From the NCBI RefSeq assembly GCF_009914755.1, contig NC_060934.1: a DNA stretch of 64,000 nucleotides; one strand, written 5' to 3'. Shown piece by piece: positions 57,721 through 64,000 of the stretch (within the stretch, counting starts at the first letter, position 1; every line of letters starts with the position of its first letter). The notes under the pieces are model-generated. The model ran no database searches, was not told the DNA's origin, and saw only the letters and a list, made by a program, of their open reading frames with translations. The position numbers were made by a program, and so were the translations under genes. This DNA comes from the human T2T-CHM13v2.0 reference genome, Homo sapiens.

Positions 57721-60507
57721 GATGAGCAGAGTGGAAGAAAGAGTGGTGCAGGTAGGGACTGGAGCCAGGAGGTGTAGGCAGTGGGAGGAAGAGAAAGATG
57801 ACTGATCCGTCCAGCGTGCTCCCAAGGCCCTGTCTCAACCTCATCTGAGAACTTACCACACTCTACTACCTATTTTACTTGTCGGTCTCTCCCATCAGAC
57901 TATGCTGTCTAGTTCACTGTTGTCTCTCTAGTGACCAGAACATGGTAATGCTTAAGGAGTATCTGAAGAGAGAAAGACAGAGAGTGGAAGGTGGGTATTG
58001 AGGAGGAAGGGAGAGAGAAAGAAAGACAGAGACAGAGATGGAGAAAGAAAGAATTTAAACACTAGACTGAGGGATAGAAATGCATCCCTGTTAGCAGGGG
58101 GCCAAGTCTGGACACATCAACTCTGTATCCACAGTATTCAGCCGTCTGCAGGAGCCTCTGCTTCTACTTGTAGGGTTTCATGTAAGTCGGCTCTTGACAA
58201 GTGGGCCAATCGTGCTGGCCAAGGAAGGAGCTGCTCCCACAAATGGGTTCTGGGCCAGCCAGGGCTCGGAGAGTGCTGGTCTCAGCCCAGCAGCTCAGCA
58301 CATGAGCCTCCCTGTGCCTATCCTGCCCTGGGTAATGGCAGAAATCCAGGGTCTTGAGGAATTGAAACCCACCCCTGTGGTATTTGGTCCTTGCTACTGA
58401 TGGATATGACTGTCTGAGAGGCTTGCATATGCATGGGCAATGAACTCCAGGGTGGAGGGCACTGTACTGAGATTTAGCAGGACCTGACTCCAAATCAATG
58501 ACATCCCCACACTGATCCCTTTCCAATTTTAGCTTGCTGCCAGTTGAACCAGTGGGCCCACCTAGAATTACCTGGAGCTTCCATCTTTCTCCGGGTGTCA
58601 TGACGCCCCTTCTAGCCATGCCAGCCCTGGGCCCTCCATGGTGTCTTTGTCCCTGCAACTCTCTCATCCAGGGCACCACAGGCAAGAAGCTCCCTTCTCT
58701 ACTCTGCAGTTTCGCAAAGGGGGACACCAAGCCACTCTTTGACTAGCTCTTCAGGTCTTCTTTCCCTAGACAAGACCCAGAAGAAACTACCCACTCTGCC
58801 CCTGACCCTGGGAAAGGAGAAGAGAGAGGTCCCCAAGTCAGCTACAGTCCACGCCATCAGGAGGACCAGCTACAATGCAGAGCACTATAGTCATCCACCT
58901 GAGTTTTTCCTCGAGTTATCAAGGTCAAGCATCCCCTTTACACCCAGCTGTCCACAGCCAGCCAGAAAAAGAAAAACTCAGAGGCACAATCTTTACTTTT
59001 GATTCTTCTTCCCCTAGAAGTACTCAGCGAGTTATGAAGTCCAGGGCCAAAGGACTGTGGCACCACTGGCAACCAAAAGAATCTGAACTGCAAGTTGGCT
59101 GCCTCCTTTTCCAATCTTTCAAACCTCTCTGTCAGAGAAAACTCCAGATGCAATTACCTTTCACTAAAGAAAGATGTATTTCAACAGGCCGCTGAATATG
59201 CATCTACCACACACACAACACACAGTAAACCCTGTAGCTACTGGGAACAAACACCCTCCTTTCCCCAAAACCCACCCGCTTACCGAACAGTACACAGTGA
59301 TTGCTTTCCTTCCAGACGCTCCCTCACCTCTGGGAGAAATGAAGCAAGAAGGGGCAGCTCCTCCATCAAAACCCCCCAGAGGCTGCAACTCACTTTACAA
59401 ATTTGAATCGGTACATTTCATGCAGACTTGGACTAATCCCCTCAAAAACAAACAGGCCACCACAGCAAGCAAAGTTACACAAAATTATATTGTATATTTA
59501 ATAACACAGCTAAGTCAAGTTTCTACACCTATACCACTCATATATTTCCCTAATGACAGAAGCGGGAGAGAAGGGATTAAAACCCAAGTGTCATGGGAAG
59601 CCTTCCTGACCACACTCTCTCACACGATAGCAAGTGTCCTTTGGAGACAGGGAAAGGGTTTTGCTAAGCACCTTTTTTTTCTTGGAGGGCAATACATATG
59701 GTGTCTGCAGAGGGACGAGGAGCTGTGGGCGCCTCTCCCTTCCCCTCCCAGGCAAACAGGGTATGTAGATCTGTAGATTCACTTCACCACATGCCCCCCA
59801 TGGGTGGCTTGGAGGGGACCCTGAAAGCTGAAGATCTATATGCATTCACACTCCTGGAATGGTGCAAGCATTCACAGCTACCTGAGTGAGCCCAAGCCTC
59901 AATCATATGCTGCCTTCTCCCACCACTCCCTGTCTCAACTCTGGCCTTCAGGAAGAGAGAATGTTCACAGGTCCCCACAGAGCCTTTTATGGGCCACAGC
60001 TACCATCCAAGATGCTGGTGAATAAGGCACAGCAATGACAAAAGGCCTGCTTGTCCCTCAGCACACAGGACATGGGAACAGGCTAGGGAACTGGGTACAA
60101 ACTACTCCTCTTCTGCCCCATTCCACATGTGGCCCTGCATTGATCTTCCCTGGGCCTCAATTTTTGCCTTTCCCCAGAAGAGAATGACACTCCCCCTTCC
60201 TCCCCAACCAGGGACAGCCTAGGTTAAGGCACTTAGTATAATCTGGCAATCATTACAGCCATGTGCCTATCATCTCCCCACCACTGAATAAGATCCTTGG
60301 GGAAGCTGACACGTATCAAGTGTTCAGTAAATACACAAGGAGTGAGGTGAAAGGGTGAGAAGGGAAGAGATGGAAAGTCAAAGGGAATGAAGTTAAGTGT
60401 TTAGTATTTCTACATTTCCTCATACTTTAGTATTTACTGTATTCAGCTGGAAATAATTTTTAAATGGCAATAAAACATATTACACATTTTTTAAAATCTG
60501 CTTTTTG

Positions 60508-60648
60508 GCCAGGCATAGCTGCTCACACCTGTAATCTCAGAACTTCAGAAGGCCAAGGTGGGAGGATCACTTGAACCCAATAGTTCAAGTGATATATAAT
60601 TGTGCCACTGCACTCCAGGCAAGACCCTGTCTCAAAAAAAAAAAAAAA
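60508..60648 (+). mobile_element. Internally deleted Alu / FRAM-like monomer
   Basis: Alu 5' end fused to a right-arm end with A-tail. Confidence 0.75.
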
Positions 60649-61757
60649 GAGTCTGCCCTTCTGTGTTACTCTTGGGAAGTTGCTCAGAATTCCATGTGAC
60701 CTCAGGAGGTTGTATCTCTGAGGCCTGTGAGCTGAAGGTATTCCTGCCCCATAATTATACTCAGACATATGCCCCTCCACCCCAGGCACGCCTCCAGCAT
60801 CTCATTCCTGGGCCATCTTAACCTGTCCTTCTATCAATCATCCAACAACTCCAGGTGAGACCTCCTCTACAGGAGAAGGGCTTCTTTTCCAGGTCATGAA
60901 TCTTAAAAACAGGATTACCGGTGTTGAACAATAAGATGGGTAGAAGGGTATGCGAGAGGCAGAAGAAAAGGTCCTTGCCTGCCACTTTCCTTTGGAGCCT
61001 GCTGGTTCTCCTTCTGTGTTTTTTGACTGACTACACATGGCTCTAAGCACATAACCAGTACTAAATATGATCCTCCATGACTCTTTACAAATCAAGAACT
61101 CAAAGTAAAGGAAGAAAGGAAAGAAGACATTTGAACACAGACAGATACTTGCTTTCTCTCAGTCGTGAGGACCTCAAATTAAGCCTCTGGATTGAGGTTT
61201 CATGTTTCATACAAGTGCCTGAGTACATACATAAGAAGATAAGGTAGAAAAGTCCCAGCATCAGAGATAAATAAGATTAATATATCTGACAAATTATTTT
61301 AAATAGAAGAAAGAGATAAATTGAGAAAAGAGCTGTGCTAGGTCTCCTAACTGTCCAGGTTCCTCCTAACTGCATAAGGGAGCAACAAAGGGTTGAGAAA
61401 TTGGCAGGTAAACCAGGAGTACCTGCCCTAGGGCCAGTACACTGGCTGCCACATCCCCTCATATTCTCCATGAGGAGTCCAGGGTCATATCATATTAGTG
61501 ACACTGACAACCATACTCAACAGGAATGGTGGCAGGGAGGGGAACTGAAGGTGGTCATTGAGGGCAGGAACACTACAGGGGGAAGAGAGATTCCTACTGA
61601 GTCCCCACCTCAAGAAGACTGCAAAAGAGCAGGGAAACTTCCTGGGGCCAGAAGGAGCCCAGGAAAAGGGTACAGACTTGACAGCAGTTGAAGCCACTAA
61701 GCAAATGCTACACCAGGCAAGAAAGGATTCTGGTTGACATTACATTATAGCCCTTTT

Positions 61758-61835
61758 TGAGGATCACTTGAGGCCAGGAGTTCATAATCAGCATGGGTGA
61801 TAAAGTGAAACCCTGTCTCAATATGCATAACACAT
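61758..61835 (+). mobile_element. 5'-truncated FLAM fragment
   Basis: TSD-like ATTA(T/C)AGCCCTTTT on both sides. Confidence 0.7.
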
Positions 61836-62362
61836 ATATTACAGCCCTTTTAGCTTTTCAGAGTATTAATATTTTCATATAGATTATTTCAGGTCATCTT
61901 CACAATATTCTAGTAAGGTCTGTAAAGGAAATAGTATTCATATTTAATATGACGAAACTGAGGCTGGGAGCGGGAATGACTTGCCTGAGGCCACACTGCT
62001 AGTTGAAGGCAAAACAGAACTCATCTCCCAGACTGCTTTAAAGAACAGACCCTGAGGCTGGGAGGCAGTGTCTCTCAAGACTGAGAAAATGGCTGAGTTT
62101 ATTGAAAGGTTCAAATTCAAGGTCACATTGAGAAGAAATGGATCTAATAATGAGGTAAAAAGACCCTATCCCAGTATATTCTTTGGGTAAGAGAAAAAGA
62201 GGCAGAGATAACACCGGCATACACTCTGGTCATCTAGTGTAAAGACAGAATCTCAAACACAAACTATTTTTTAAAAGACTCCAAGACCTCAATTCTGGAG
62301 TTAGGGGAAGACCATCTTAAAAACTGTTGGTCAGGAGCTGACAGAGTGAAAGAATCATCCCA

Positions 62363-62438
62363 AGGCTGAGGTGGGAAGATGGCTTGAGCCCAGGAGTTCA
62401 AGACCAGCCTGGGTAACACTGTGAGACCCCTCTCAAAA
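62363..62438 (+). mobile_element. 5'-truncated FLAM fragment
   Basis: TSD AATCATCCCA on both sides. Confidence 0.75.
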
Positions 62439-63209
62439 AATCATCCCAGGGCCAAGAAGAGGACAGGAAGACCCTGAAGATGAATGGGAAGAAAACATAA
62501 GGCCTAGGTCTTCACCAAAGATGAGACACATCGAGGCCTTAGCAGAGGGTCTGGCACAGAGCAGATGACTACTAAATGTTAGCTGCTAGTAGTAGTGGCA
62601 GTCATGTAGTAGCAGTAATAATGCCAGAAAGCTAGGCCCTTCCCCAAAGTCAGTCTCCAAGTTGTGGCCAAAAAACCCAAAATCAGTTTACTGTAATCTT
62701 AAATGCTTCTTAATGATGAGGGCAGACTCTGTCCTCAACCTCTTTTATTGACACCATCTTCAATAGTTGTTGTGCCCTATTCTGTTAAGAGGTAGCCTAA
62801 CACATTCCAGAGGAGGAGGCTGGAATAGAGAAATGTTGGGTAGGGATGCAGGGCAGAGCCTGTTTGTGTTCTTTGGCTTCAATCCATATGAAGGAAGCGC
62901 ACAGACCATCTCCGGCCCTGAGAGCTTCTCTCTACCACCACCTCCACTCCAGTCTCCCAAAACCAGCAGAAGTCCACAAGCAACCATTAAGGCAAAGTCA
63001 CCAGCACACTTGTCATTTCTCACTGGCCATAGCACTTTCCTTCTATTCAGCCCACGGATACCCAGGTCTGGCTAACTGGCTTTTAAAAGGGCAGCATTAG
63101 GAAGAAACTGAGGAGGAGACAAAGCTCAATGGCTCCATTTTCCACTCTCCGCTCCCACACACTTAGCCTCTCCACTCCCTGCTGGTCTTTCCTTCCCTCT
63201 TTCCTACGA

Positions 63210-63425
63210 TTGCTAGAATGATTTGTTTTGAACAGCGACAGGTTTATAGGTTAGCCGACACCTCTGCTCTGTGGAATTTTAATTAACTTCTCTCATCGTC
63301 AATATGCTAAGGAATGGGGTCTCCATTCTCCGGGGTCAGCAATGTGTTTCAGGTCCTGCTATATCAGCCGTCAAATTGAAGAATTAATGACGTGGCTAAT
63401 CGGCTCTAATTCTTAGAAAGAAAAA
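63210..63425. promoter_or_regulatory. Candidate enhancer
   Basis: TTTATAGG, TTAATTAA, AATTAATGACGTGG, CTAATCGG, CTAATT, several retained CpGs. Confidence 0.5.
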
Positions 63426-63785
63426 AAATTGAAAGGGAGTTGTGGAAGGGAGTAGGAGGAGGGGTGCAGGCTCCATGGGGTGAGGAGAAAGAAGCTGAAG
63501 GGACTAAACGAAGTGGGTAGGACCAAGTCTCTTATAAAATAAGCAACTGACTTAAACCTAATGTTGGAGGGTGGCAGCCCTACAGCTTTCACATTTCCAT
63601 GTGAGTAGGGTGAAGGAAGTGGACGAAGATCCTAGGAAAATGTTGTGATAGAACAGGTACAGGAGAGTCTATGTACTCTGCTGGGGAGGAGAGGGATTCT
63701 GTCTTGGTTCCAGAGAGCCTCGAAAGCAGAAGTCGGGATGCAAACCTCACTTGTCCATAGGTAAAGTTAGAGATATAACAGTCAG

Positions 63786-64000
63786 GGCCAGGTGCAGTGG
63801 CTCATGCACTTTGGGAGGCCAAGATGGGAGGATCACTTGAGGCCAGGAGTTTGAAACCAGCCTGGTCAATATAGAAACACCCCATTTCTAAAACAAAAAA
63901 ACAACAGAAACAAAAAAAGAACGAAAAAAAAAACCACCCCATTTCTAGGGCTGGGCACGGTGGCTCACAACTGTAATCCCAGCACTTTGGGAGGCCGAGG
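63786..64000 (+). mobile_element. Alu monomer (63786-63932) followed by an Alu running off the window (63949-64000)
   Basis: Two Alu 5' ends; CACCCCATTTCTA repeated around the A-rich tract. Confidence 0.85.

Overview
Human (primate) genomic DNA from the 10q24.3 split-hand/foot malformation 3 (SHFM3) locus. The + strand carries the last two exons of DPCD (6908-7010, 7440-7544; protein ends ...DGDCKTQ*). About 1 kb downstream, tail-to-tail on the - strand, are the last four exons of FBXW4/dactylin (22815-22880, 10410-10550, 9701-9842, 9364-9483; WD40 repeats, ends ...VLDFQNP*). All splice sites are GT-AG and phases join into one frame. The rest is intronic: DPCD intron to 6907, a 12.3 kb FBXW4 intron, and more than 41 kb of the next FBXW4 intron. 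It holds about 30 Alu/FLAM copies (many with readable target-site duplications), old L1, L2, L3, MIR, MLT and MER1 fragments, a tailless U6 retrocopy and a 27-bp minisatellite. Almost all ORFs in the supplied track are spurious. I see no new gene or coding system. The most interesting signal is a series of repeat-free islands dense in homeodomain, TCF/LEF and HOX/CDX motifs. These fit the known role of FBXW4 introns as a host of long-range FGF8 enhancers, but I cannot confirm conservation or map them to published elements. Gene names, exon numbers and repeat families are recognised from memory, not from database searches.
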